NCBI GenBank assembly: GCA_014905635.1
Contig: JABVCE010000002.1
Coordinates: 1,426,001 to 1,490,000, forward strand
Reading direction: 5' to 3'
Length of the DNA stretch: 64,000 nucleotides
Source: Scenedesmus sp. PABB004
Taxonomy: Eukaryota
The notes under the pieces are model-generated. The model made no database searches. It was given only the letters and a program-made list of their open reading frames with translations, and was not told the origin of the DNA. Positions 35,566 through 47,468 of the stretch are shown piece after piece (positions within the stretch are counted from its first letter, which is position 1; every line of letters starts with the position of its first letter). The position numbers and the translations under genes are program-made.

Positions 35566-38053
35566 ATGGCCGCCGCTCGCTGGAGGAGCGGCAGCGGCGG
35601 GCCAGCGCGCTGCGGCGGCGCCGGCGCCGCCGCCCGCCGGGCGGGCGCATGCGGGCCGCGCCGCCCGGCGCGGCAGCCGCTTCTGGCGCTGGCCGGCAAG
35701 CTGGACGCGCCCGCCGAGCCGGCCGTGCCGCAGCCGGCCCCGGCGCCGCATGGCGCCGCGCGGACGCCGTTGCCCGCCGCAGCAGCTGCGGGCGCGGCCA
35801 GCGCCGCCGCCGCGGCCGCGGCGGCCGTGGCGGGCAACGGCGCCGGCCCGGCGCCGGCGGCCCCGCCGGCGGCCCCGCCGGCGCCGGCGGCGCCGGGCGC
35901 CGCCGCGGCGCCGAGCACGGGCTGGTACGCCGCGGTCGGCCTCAGCGCCGTCGCGGCGCTCATCTGCTCCGTCGACCGCGCCGCGATCAGCGTGGCCATC
36001 CTGCCCATGAGCGAGCAGTACGGCTGGAGCGACGGCACCAAGGGCGCCATCAACAGGCGCGCGGGGCGGGGCGGGAGCGGCCGCCAGCGGCGGCCGGCGG
36101 CCACGGCGCGCCCCCCGGGCCGCCGCCGCGCGCCGCGCCTGCGCCAGCCGCTCCGCGCGCCGCGCCCGCGCCAAACTGCGCCACGTGCCGTGCTGCCTGC
36201 GCCAACCACGCCGCGCAGCGCGTTTTACATCGGATACACGCTGACCAACCTCGTGGGCGGCTACCTCGCGAGCAGCCTCAGCGCCAAGGGCGTCCTCGGC
36301 GCGGGCGTGGTAGTCTGGAGCGCCTTCACAATCTCCACGCCCGCTGCCGCGGGCGCGGGCCTGCCGCTGCTGCTCGCCAACCGGGCCATGATGGGCGCGG
36401 GCGAGGGCGTGACGTTCCCCTGCGTGCAAAACATCGGTGCGCGCCGCGCGCAGAGCCCTGCAGACCGGGCCGGCCGCGGGCGCGCGCCCGCGGGCGGCCG
36501 CCGGCCGCGCCGCCGCGTGAGCGCCCGCGCGCCGCCGCCGCGCAGTCAAGTTTTGGTGCCCGCCGGACGTGCGCACGCGGGCACTGACGCTCATCTACTC
36601 GGGCGGCCAGCTCGGCACGATCGTGGCGCTCGTGACGGCGCCGCTCATCATCAACGTGCGCGTCGCACAGCGCACGGGGGCCGCCGCTGCCGCGGACGCG
36701 CCGCGGCGGCGGGCCGCCGGGGGCGCCGCGCGCAGCCCCGCGCGCGCCCCGGACCTCCCCTGCTGCACCGGTCCCAGACCGCCGCCGCCCGCCCGCCCGC
36801 ACTCTGGTGCCCGCAGGCGTTTGGCTGGCCGGCGGTGTTTGAGATTTTTGGCTCGCTCGGCCTGGTGTGGATTGTGTTCTGGCAGCGCCTCGTCAGCGAC
36901 ACGCCGCCGCCGCCGGCGCCGCTCGGCCCGGCCGCGCCCGCCAAGCAGCAGCAGCAGCTCGCGCAGGGCGCCCCGCCCGCTGCAGCGGCAGCGGGCGGCG
37001 CCGTCGCGCAGCAGCAGTCGCAGCAGCCGCCGCAGTCGCAGCAGTCGCCGCAGGTGCAGCAGCCGGGCCCGCCGCCGCTGCCGGCAGCGGCGGCGGCGCC
37101 GCAGCAGGCGTCGCTCACCGCGCTCCCGCGCCTGCGGGACATCCCCTGGCGCTCGTTCTTCACCAACCGCGCCTTCCTTGCAATAATGATGGCGCACTCG
37201 GCCTTTGGTGCGCGGCGGCGGCGCCACGCCGCCGGGCTGGCGCGGGCTGGTGCCGCCGGCAGCGCCCCGGCGCGCGCCGCGCGCGTGGCACCAGCCGCGG
37301 CGCCGCGTGACCGCCCCCCCCCCCCCCCCACACACACACACCCACCCACCGCGCAGGCGTGGGGCACTACGTGTGCCTCAGCTGGCTGCCGACGTACTAC
37401 AACCAGGAGTTTGGCGTCGACGTGCAGCAGAGCGCGCTGCTCAGCGTGCTGCCCTGGTGCGCGCGGCGCGGCGGCGCCTTGCGATCCGCGCACACGCGCA
37501 CGCGCCGCGCGCCGCGCGTCGCCGCCGGCGTCACAGCGGTCGCTGCCGCCGCCGCCGCCGCGCGTGGTGCCGCCGCCGCTCGCGGGTCAGGTTTGTGACG
37601 GTGCTGGTGAGCAACTCGTCGGGCTGGGTCGCCGACTGGCTCGCCAACTCGGGGCGGCTGTCGATGACCAACACGCGCAAGCTCATGCAGACCGCGGGCG
37701 CGGTCGGCCCCGCGCTGTGCCTGCTCTACCTCGCGCTCGCGCACGAGGACCCCGGCGAGCTGCAGATGGGCGAGGCGGTCGGCCTCATGACCGCGACGCT
37801 CTCCCTCGGCGGCCTGCAGTCGGCGGGGTTTGCGTCCAACCACCAGGACCTCGCGAGCCGCTACGCGGCGGTGCTGTTTGGCATCACCAACGCGCTCAGC
37901 AGCCTCATGGGCACGCTGTCCGTCTACGCGACCGGCCTCGTGCTCGACGCGAGCGGGAGCTGGGAGCTCGTGTTTGAGGGCGTAGCCGTGTGCTACCTGC
38001 TCGGCGCGGTCGGCTACGCCGCGCTCGCGTCGGCGGAGCCGCAGTTTGAGTAG
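35566..38053 (+). CDS. MFS anion/phosphate transporter (PHT4/SLC17 family), probably organellar
   Basis: ICSVDRAAISVAILPMSEQYGWS, SAFYIGY, RAMMGAGEGVTFPC, GWPAVFEIFGSLG, SWLPTYYNQEFG, SNHQDLASRYAAVLFGITN. Confidence 0.9.
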
Positions 38054-38318
38054 GGGGCAGGCGGCGCGGCGCACGTCGGCGCGCGTGCCAGAGGTGTGCC
38101 GCCGCCCGGTGGCGTGCGCGCGCGCGCGTCCGAGGTTTTTCTCCTTCTTTGTCGCATAGATTTGAGCGTGCGGTGCAGGAGCCGCGCGGCGCGCGCCAAA
38201 GCGAGCGCGGAGAGCGCGGGCGGGTGCGCGGGGCAACCGAATGCCGCTGCCGGTTCAACGCCCGCCCGCCCGCCCGCCGCGGCGCCGCCGCCGCGTTCAC
38301 GCGGCGCCGCCGCCGCGT

Positions 38319-40263
38319 TCACGCGAGGTGCAGCGGCCCGAGCACCGCGGCGCGCACGTCGCCGTCGTCCAGCGCGAGCGCGTCCACGCGCGCCAGCAGC
38401 TCCGCCGCCAGCCCCTGGCCGACCACCTCGGCGCCGAGGCCGCGGCTGAAGCCCCGCATCTGCGCCAGGCTCAGCTGCCGCGCCGCCTCGCCCGCCTGCG
38501 CCGCCGCGTCAGGCGCCTGCTCCTCGCCCGCCTGCTGCTCGCCCTCCGCCACCAGCGCCGCGACGGCGCCCGCGAGGCGGCGCGCGAGGCCCTCAAACGC
38601 CTGCGGCGCGGCGCGCGGGGCGGCGCGCCGGCGGTCGGCCGCGGGTGCAGCTGCGGGCGGCCGCGCGTGCGCGCGCGCGCGCCTCGAGGCCCCGCGAGCG
38701 CCCCCTCCCCCTCCCAGCTCACCGCGAGCACCGTCTCGCGCCGCGCGTCCGCCAGCTCCGCGATGAGCCCGTCCTGCGCCGCGAGGCGCGCCTCCGCGTC
38801 CGCCAGCTTGTTGGCCAGCAGCGCCTCGCGCGTGCGCGCCATCTCCACGCGCTGCGCCGACCCCGCCCGCGCGCCGCCGCCCGACCACACGATCGCCTGG
38901 CGCGCCTCGGCCGCCGGCGCGGCGGCGGCGCCGTCCACGCCGCCGCCGCCGGCCGCCTCGGCCGCGGCAGCGGCCGCCGCCGCGGCCGCCTCCTCGGCGG
39001 CGGTCAGCTCCTGCGTCGCCACGCACAGCTTGCCGCGCGCCTTGCGCACCGCGTCGCCCAGCCGCGCGCACTGCTCCTCCGCGCCCGCGTGCTGCGCGAC
39101 GACGCCGTCCAGCAGCGCGCGCAGCAGCGCCCATGCGTCCGCCGCGGCGACCTCGTCGGGCGCGGGGCCAAACTGCAGCGCCGGCGACGCCGTCAGCCAC
39201 GCGACCGAGGCGGCGGGGCTCAAGAGCCGCAGCTCGTGCAGCCTGGCGGCGGGCGCAGGCGGCGGGCGGCAGGGCGCGGCGTCAGACGGGGGCGGGCGCG
39301 GCGCTGCGGCGCCCGCCGCCGCTGCGCCGGCCCCCGCGCGCCGGGGCGCTGGCTCACCGCGCGAGCGCGAGGCCGTGGCGCGTGGGCATGGGCCCATACA
39401 TTTCTCCCAGCAGCTCCAGCAGCGCGCCCTGCCCCGCCTCGCGGCCGGCCGCGTCGAGGCGCGCCGCCAGCAGCGGGGCGTAGCGCTCCAGCACGACGTG
39501 CGCGTGGCTGCAGCTCTTGCTGCCCGCCGCGAGCACCGCGCGCGCGACGCAGCGCAGGTGCGCCAGCGGCTCGCCCCCGAGCGCGTCGTCCAGGCCCTCG
39601 CGCGCCGCCCAGTCGGCGACCTGCTCCGCCGACAGCGGCTTGCGCTCCGGCGGCGGCCGCGCCTGCATCACGCCCAGCAGCCGCCCCGCCCACAGCGCCT
39701 CCGGCTCGAGCGGCGCCTCGGGCTGCTGCGCCGGCGCGGCGCCGTCGCCGCCGGCGGCCGCGTCGCCGTCCTGCTGCATCGCGTCGGCGCCGCCGCCCGC
39801 CGCCTCGGCTGCCGCCTCGGCCGCGCCGCCGGCCGCGTCGGGCATCGCCGCGTCGCCGTCGGCGGCGGCGCCACCCTCCGGCGCCGGCAGCGCGGCCGGC
39901 GCGGGCGCGGGCGGGAAGGGCTCCGGCGCGGGCAGGCCGCGGAAGGCGGGCTGCTCGCCGAGCAGCGCCAGGAAGTCTGCCGGCGTCTCCTCCAGCAGCG
40001 CGGCGTGGTCCCACGCCGTGAGGCGCACGAGGTGCTGCAGCACCGCAACCAGGAACGCGCGCTGCGGGCCGCCGCGCGGCTGCGAGAGCCCCGCGCGGTA
40101 GCGGTCCCACGGCCACCTGCGGCGGCGCCGCGCGCGGCGCGCGCCTCTCAGCAGCAGGCGCGGCGGCGCAGCGCCGCAGCGCCGCACCGGCGGGCGGCAA
40201 GCGCGGCGGGCGGCGCAGCGCGGGCGGCGCGGCGCGGGCGGCGCGGGCGGTGCGTGCGCCCTG

Positions 40264-40302
<39 letters not shown>

Positions 40303-43032
40303 TCGCCTGAAGCTCATGTTTGAGATGAAGTGCGCAAGCACGTCGGCGAGGCGGCCGGTGAGCTCGGGCGCGAGGAACGCGGCGCGCGTGAAGAGCTGGC
40401 GCACACTGCCGGCGAGGTACTTGGGGAACGCGGGCCGCAGCAGCGCCGCGTGCGCGATGAGCCCGCTCAGCGCGACGGGGCTCAGCCGCGGCGCCGGCAG
40501 GCGCAGGAGCTGCGCGAAGAGCGTCTCGCACAGCAGGCCGCTGTAGTCGTACGGCAGCGGCAGCCCGCCGCACAGCATGCCCGCGAGCTCGACCCTGCGG
40601 CGCGCGCGCGCGCGCGGCGCGTCGCCGGCGTCGGCGCGGCGCTCCGCGGCGAGAGCGCGGCGCGGCGCGGCGCGGCGGCGGCCGCGCAGCTCGGCCTGTG
40701 CCCGCGCGCGCGCCTGTGTCCCTCAAAGGCGGTGAGCAGGTCTATGATGTACTCCTCGGCCACAAAGCGCTCGAGCGCGCCCCGCCCCGCGTCGGTGTAC
40801 TGGCTGTCCAGCACGACCAGGCCGCCGCGCGGCGGGTACCGCGCCTGCAGGAGCAGCGCCGCCTCGGCGCGCGCGAGCGTGCCCGCGCCGGCCGCGCCCG
40901 GCGGCACGCCCGGCACCGCGCCCGGGAGCGCGATGGGCGGCAGCTCGGTGGGCTGCGCGCGCAGCTTGGTCGCGAGCGCGTCGAGCAGCGCCGTCGGCAC
41001 GCCCTGCACCGACCAGCGCGCCTCGGGCTCGCGCATCACCTGCGCGGCCGCGGCGCGGCGCGCGCGCGGGTCGGCGGCGGGCGAGCGCCGGCGGCCGCCC
41101 AGGCGCGGCGCGGCGCCCCGTGCGTCTGCTGTCCCCCCAGGTGCACACGCGCGCACCTGCACCGCGTCCCAGAGCTGCGCCAGGAAGGTCGCGCCGCCGC
41201 TGTCGCTGGCCGCCGACGCGTCGCTCGCGTCCGCCGCGCCGTACAGCGGGCGCAGCTCGACCGACTCGCGCACCGGGCGCGCGGCCATGTACGCAGCCGC
41301 GGCGTCCAGCACGGCCGCGTGCTCCGCCGGCGCCGCCTCGGCCAGGCCCTGCCCGCCCCACACGAGCGCGGCAAGGGCCATGTACACCAGCTGGTCCGCC
41401 CAGGGCTGCCAGGTGAGGCCGCTGGGGTCGGCGCCTGCGTCGGAGACGGCGCCAGCGCGCGCGGTGAGCGGGCGCGCGGCGCGGCGCGGCGCGGCGCGGC
41501 GCGGCGCGTGCGCGCGGCGCCGGCGCCGCGTGGCCGGGCGCACCCGGGTCGGCCTGCGCCTGCGCGGCCTCCACGAGGCGCAGCGCCAGGCCCAGCACGT
41601 CGGCGGCGTGCAGCACCGACGTGCGCGCGAGGCAGGCAAACAGGCGCAGCAGCAGGCGGGGGGCACGACCTCGCCCGCCGCGAGCTCCGCCTCGAAGCGC
41701 TGCCCCGCGGTGCCCACAAACGCGGCGACCCAGTCGGGGTGGTCCGCCGCCAGCAGCCCTGCGGCGCGCGCGCCGGGCGGTGAGAGGTGAGGTGCGCGCC
41801 GCCGCACGCCGCCCCCCGTCCGGGCGCCCTGCTCGCCGCCGCCGCCGCCCGCCCGCCGCTGCCCCCGCGGCGCCGCTGCCTGCGCGGCGCGGCGCGGCGC
41901 ACCAAGCAACAGCGCGTAGTGCAGCGTCTTGTGCGAGCAGCTCAGCGCCGCCTCGAGCACGATGTCCGTCAGCTGCGCGGCGCGGCGCGGCGCGGCGCAT
42001 GGGCCCTGGGCCCTGGGCCGCGTGCCGCGGCGGCGCGCGGGCGCCCCGGCTCTGCAGCGCGCGCGCCGCCGCCGGGCGCCGCGGCTGCCCCCGCGCTGCC
42101 GCGGCTGCCCCCGCGCTGCCGCGGCTGCCCCCGCGCTCACGTTGTCCGTGTTGTGTTTGATCTCCTGCTTGAACGCCCACAGCGCGCCCTCGAGCGTCTT
42201 CTCGGGCGTGTCGCCCGTGTGCGTCGTGTCGGTCTGCGGCGCCACGGGCGGCGCGGCGGCTGCATGGGCGCCGCCCTGCGCGCGCGGCCGCCGCCGGCGG
42301 CTGGCGCCACTCCCCGCTCCCCGCCGCGCCGCCGGCTCACGTCCGAGAGCGGCCCCGGCTGGCCGAGCCGCATCAGGCGGTGGATGAACTGGGCCTTGGG
42401 GTCGGGCGCCTCCGCCTCCTCGCGCCCCCGCTTCTGACCCACAAAGCTCGCCTGGTAGCGCCCGCCGCCGCGGCCGCCGCCGCCGCCACCGCCGTACCCG
42501 CGGTCGCCGCCGTAGCCGCCGCCGCGGTAGCCCCCGCGCGGCTGCTGCGGGTAGTCCCGGTAGCCCCCGCTGCCGCGGCGGTTGTCGTGCTCGCGCCTGC
42601 GCGCGTGCGCGCGGGGAGGCAGCCGCGCGCGCGGCGGGTCGGCGAGTCGGGCAGCGGCGGCGCCCGCCGCTGCCGTCGAGGCGCCGGCAGTGCCGCCACG
42701 CGCTGGGGCTGCAGCGCTTGGGCCGCAGCGACGCCCGTGATCTGGCACCGCGCGCTCGAGTCGGTGGACGGGGCCGCGGCCGCGGGGCGGTGGCGTGCCG
42801 GCTGCCGCGCCCGCCGCTGCTGTCGCGCTGCTGCCGCCGCCCGCCGCTGCGCCGCTCCCGGCTCGCTGCGCGCTGCGGCCTTGCGGCTGCGCGATAGGCA
42901 CGTGTGTCACGCGCGTGGGCCCTCTTCAGCGCCGGGAACGCACCTGTAGCCGCCCGAGCCCCCGCTGCGACCGTCGCGGTAGCCGCCGCCGCCCCTGTAA
43001 TCGTCATCCCGGTATCGCTGGCGGTCCCCCAT
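38319..43032 (-). CDS. NCBP1: Nuclear cap-binding protein subunit 1 (CBP80) with an RGG-rich N-terminus
   Basis: MIF4G-like motifs HKTLHYALLLGLL, ETLFAQLLRLP, LAHFISNMSFRWPW and GSKSCSHAHVVLERY. Confidence 0.88.
40268..40296. repeat. (CT)n/(GA)n microsatellite in a CBP80 intron
   Basis: Read directly. Confidence 0.9.
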
Positions 43033-43440
43033 CGCGCGCCCGCCCTGTCAACGCTCTCGCTGCCGCTGCCGCAACGAGCGGCCGCCGACCGGGTCGCGGC
43101 GGGGAGCGCGGCCGCCGCTGATTGAGCGCGCGGCGGCAGGCGCGGGCGTGGAGGGAGCGCTCCCGGATCGCGTGCCAGTGCCGCACTGCGAGCGTTGTGG
43201 GCACACCGCTGCGGCGGTGGCCGCGTGCTGCGGCCGCTGCGCCGCCGCCAGGGCACAGCAGCGCGTGCGCCCCGACCCCCGAGAGCCGCGCGCGCAGACC
43301 GAGCAGCCGGTTCAACAAGGGGCGTCAACTGCTGCAGCCACCCACACATGGCGGCCGGCCTTGCTTGCGGCTCGCACGCACCCGGGCCAGCACACCACCC
43401 ACGCAGGCGGCACGAGCTCGCCGCCCCGGCGGCCCGCCCC

Positions 43441-43779
43441 TCACTGCTTGCCCTGCGGCTGCACGCCGCCCGGCACCCACGCAAAAAAGTCGCAGCGCCC
43501 GGCCGGGAACTCGCCCGCCGGCCGCGCGCACACGTAGAACTTGCGCCCCGCGTTTGCTGAGCCAGCCTTCTTGACGACCCGCAGCACCGCCGGCTCGCCG
43601 TGCGCGCACTTGGGCGCCTGCATCCCGCGCTGGATTCGCTGCCACGCCGCCACCGCCGACTGGTGGCTGTCCGCCGCCACCTGCCGCACCTCGGCTGCGA
43701 CGGCGGGGTCGGCGTCCGCATCCGCGGGCGGCGGGGGCTCGCCACCGGCGACGTCGTCCGGCGGCGCTGGCTGCGGGCG

Positions 43780-43849
<70 letters not shown>

Positions 43850-45733
43850 AGCACCTGGTCTCCCTGCCCCTCCTGCTGCTGCTGGTGCTGCTGCGGGCCA
43901 GCGCAGGCGGGGGCCTGCTGGCCGCTCGCGCCCGGGCTGGCACCGGCACCTCCGGCTGGCTTTGGTGGCCGCTGCACGAAGCCCAGCAGGCTGGCCTGGC
44001 CCTTCGCCAGGCCAGCCTGCTTTTTGCTGCTGCCGCCGTCCTGGCTGCTCTGCTTGCGCTTGCCGCCCCGCGCAAGCCCACCGGCCTGCTTGCCGTTGCC
44101 GGCGCTGCCGGGCAGCTGCTGCGCCCCTGCAGAGCTGCTGGGGGGGGGGCCGGGGCTGGCCAGGGACCCCGAAGACTGCTGCTGCGACAACGGCTGCTGC
44201 TGCGACGACTGCTGCGACAGTTGCTGCTGCTGCGACGACGATGGCTGCAGCCACGCCTTGAGGCTGGACTGCTTGCCCCGAAACAGGCGGCTGGACGCCG
44301 CCGCTGGCGCCGCGTGGCCCGCGGGCAGGGCGGCGAGCGGGACGGCCAGGTCCGCCCACACGGGGCAGTGGTCGGAGCCCTGGCGGTCCGGCCAGATGTC
44401 GCAAAAGGTGACCAGCTGGGAGAAGGGCTGCGCCGCGGCGGGGGCGTGCTGCGCGCCGGCGGCGCCGCCGCCGCCGCTCGGCGCCGGCGCCGGCGCCGGC
44501 GGCGGCACGCAGGGCGCGGGCCCCGCCACGAGGATGTGGTCGATCCGGGAGCCGTAGTTGTTCACGCGCGCGCCCGTCAGGGTGGACCAGCACGTAAACG
44601 CGTGCGCCCTATGCGTGCGGCGCAGCGTGCGCCTCGGCGCCGCGCCGCGCCGAGTCCCGCAGGCGCCCGCGTGGGCCTCCCGATGCGCCCAGCGGCGGCG
44701 GCGCGCACCTGGCGGGCTGATGCATGCGGAACGCGTCGGCCACGCCCGGGCCGTGCGGGCCGAGCAGGCGGTTGAGCCAGACGCGGTCGGGGCGCGCCGC
44801 GTCAAAGTCGGCGTCCCCGCCCGCGCGGTCCATGGGCTGGGGGCTGATGTTCAAGTCCCCCACGACCAGCACGGCGCGCCCCGCCGCGAGCCAGGCCCGC
44901 ACGCGCAGCTCCAGCACCTGTGCGCGCGCGCCGGCGGCGGGCGGCCGCGGCGGCCGTGGCGCGCGCGCGCGGGGTGGGGTGCGCGCACGGGTTGCGTGCG
45001 TGGGCGCGCGGGCGCGGGGTGCGCGCGTGGGCGCACCTTGTAGAAGTTGAGCTTGAACGCCATGCGCGCCTCTGCGACGCCGGGGTCGTCGCTCGTGAGC
45101 GCGGGGCCGTAGACGTTGACCAGGATGAACGCCCCATGGTCGGTGGTGAGCACGCGGCCCTCCGCGTCCAGCGCGGCGACCTCCGCCTCGTCGCCCACGC
45201 CCAGCGCGCGCGCCAGCTCGTCGGCGGCGGGCGCGCCGCTGCCGACGGCGCCGCCGCCGCACGCGCCGGTGAGGCCGAGCTCGGCCGACAGCGGCAGCCC
45301 CGCAGTCGCGGCGCGCACAAACGTGGCGACGCCGGAGTAGGCTGAGCGCGGGCTGAACGCGAAGAACGACTCCCTGTCGGCCGCCGCGGCGGGCGCGGCC
45401 GGGGCGGGCGGTGCGCGGCGGCGCGTGCGTCGCGCCGCGGCGGCGGCGCGCGGCCCCGCTGCCCACCCGACGCCGCTGCTCACCAGCCGTCTGCGAGCGC
45501 CAGCTCGCTGTCCACCTCGCCGCGCCGCGCCTTGACCTCCTGCAGGCAGATGATGTCTGCGGGGCGGCGGGCGCGGGCGCGCGTGAGCCGGGGGCGCCGC
45601 GCTGCGGGCGGCGCGCAGCGCGCCGCTCGCGGCCCGCACCCGCGTCCAGCGACTCCAGCAGCGCCCTCAGGCCGCCGCCGGAGCGGCCCACCACGCTGCG
45701 CAGGCCGTTGACGTTCCAGCTGAGCACGCGCAT
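43441..45733 (-). CDS. APEX2: AP endonuclease 2 (ExoIII family) with PIP-like boxes and a GRF zinc finger
   Basis: SWNVNGLR, DIICLQEVK, YSGVATF, LDAEGRVL, VNVYGP, GDLNI, FTCW, NYGSRIDHIL, SDHCPV, and Zf-GRF CAHGEP...NAGRKFYVC...CDFFAW. Confidence 0.95.
43783..43848 (-). repeat. (CAG)22 encoding poly-Gln in the APE2 linker
   Basis: Uninterrupted CTG run on the + strand. Confidence 0.9.
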
Positions 45734-46030
45734 CGCGCCGCCGCGCTGCTGCTGGCGGGCGGCGCAGCGCGCAGCAGCGCTGCTGCGCCGGCGGCTGCTG
45801 CGCGCTGCACGCTGCCGGCCGGCGGCGATCCGCGGCGGCCACCTGCCCGGAGCGCCCAGAGCGCGCGAGGCGAGCGAGATGAAAGCTAACCGCCGTCGCG
45901 ACGTCGGCGGCGGCGCGGCGCGATAGATGCCCCGTGCCGTCTACCCGCTCCCCACATCCCTGGCCCGCCCGCGGCCCCCCGGTACTCGTCGCGCCGATCG
46001 CTCGCCGCGGCCCGCGCCCGCGCTAGCGAG

Positions 46031-47468
46031 ATGGCAGCGCTCGACTGCGTCGCCGCGCGCGCCGGCGAGGACGGTGCGCGCATGTGCCGGCGCCAGCCGC
46101 GGCCGTGGCGCGCGCGGGCCGCTCGCGCGCGGGGGCGCGCCATTCAAAGCTGCGCACCCCCGCCCGCCGCGCCCAGGCCTCGCCGTCGCCGCTCCGAGCG
46201 CTGATGAGGCCGCCGTTGTCGCCAAGGTGAGCCCTCGATCGCCTGCCAGGCCAGCCGGCAGCTGCGGCGGCCGCCGCCGGCCCGGCGCCGCGCCGGCGCC
46301 CGACGCGCCCCGCCGCCCGCAGGAGGAGCCCGGCGCGGTCGCCGCCGGCGAGTGCCAGGTGGCAGCCAAGCCCCGCAGGCGGTGCGTCGGCGGGGGGGCC
46401 TGGCGGGCGGCGCGGCGCGCGCCGGCGGTGCCGCAGGCAGGGCCTGCCCACGGCGCGCCGCGCCGCTTCCTGACGCGCCGACCTGTCGCGCGCGCACGCG
46501 CCCGCAGGTGGGCGCTGGGCGTGGGCCTGAGCACGGCGGGCGCGGTCGCGGTCAGCGCGGGGCTCGCTGTGGCGCGCGCGGTGCCGCTGGCGCTCGTGGC
46601 GGCCGCCGCGCCGCTGGGCGCCGCGGTCGGCGCTGCCGCGGTGGCGCTGGACGGCCGGCGCGTGCAGCAGCGCCGCAGGCGCGCCGCCGCCGCGCGCAGC
46701 GCGACGGCCGCCGAGCGCCGCGCGGAGGCGGCGCCCGCCGTCGCCGCGGCCGAGCCGGAGGCCGAGCCGGTGGCGGCGCCGGCGCCCGCCGACGCCGCGC
46801 CGGCGCCGGCCAAGGACCAGGCGGCGGCCAAGGACCAGGCGGCGGTGCCGCCGCTCCGCCTGCCCGCCCTGGCGCCGGCGACGACGACGATCAGCCTCGC
46901 CGACGGCGAGGACGGCGGCCCGCCGCTGCCGGAGCTCGTGCGCTCTGCCACGCCCGAGCCGGCGGCGGGCGGCGGCCGCGGCGGCGAGCCCGGCGCCGCC
47001 GCCGACGGCGGCGCGCCGTCGCGCGCGAGCAGCGTGGCCGACGCGGCGGGCGTGGACCAGCTGCTGCCGGCCGGCGCGGGCCTGCCGCCGCTGGCGCTCA
47101 AGAAGCCGACCGGCGCCAAGGCGCTGAAGAAGTCGCTCAGCAAGAGCGTGAAGAGCTTCAAGGCCGCGCTCAGCCTGCGGAGCAGCGCCGAGCTCGAGGC
47201 GGCGGCCGCCGCCGCGGTCGCGCGCGCGTCGTCGCCCGGGTCGGCCGCCGGCGCGGCGGCCAAGCCGCCCGCCGGCTTCAGCCTGCGCCGCAGCTTCAGC
47301 AGGGACGCGCGCGACACGGCCGCGCTCGCCGACGCGGGCGCGGTGCAGCCCAGCGAGGGCAGCGCGACGCTGGCCAAGATGAAGACGCTGCTGCGCCGCA
47401 GCTTCACGCTCAGCACGCCGCGCGCCTCCACCTCTGACGGCGGCGCCAAGCGCGCGAGCGCGTTCTGA
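46031..47468 (+). CDS. Uncharacterised protein with a long hydrophobic segment and a basic Ser-rich tail
   Basis: ATG 46031, GT-AG introns, coding-like codon use; WALGVGLSTAGAVAVSAGLAVARAVPLALVAAAAPLGAAVGAAAVAL; repeated LKKSLS/LRRSFS/LRRSFT. Confidence 0.7.

Noticed and set aside
42081..42138. 20-bp tandem repeat (about 3 copies) in a CBP80 intron, and a similar 24-bp repeat at about 5818-5872
   Set aside because: These are simple intronic slippage minisatellites without spacers.
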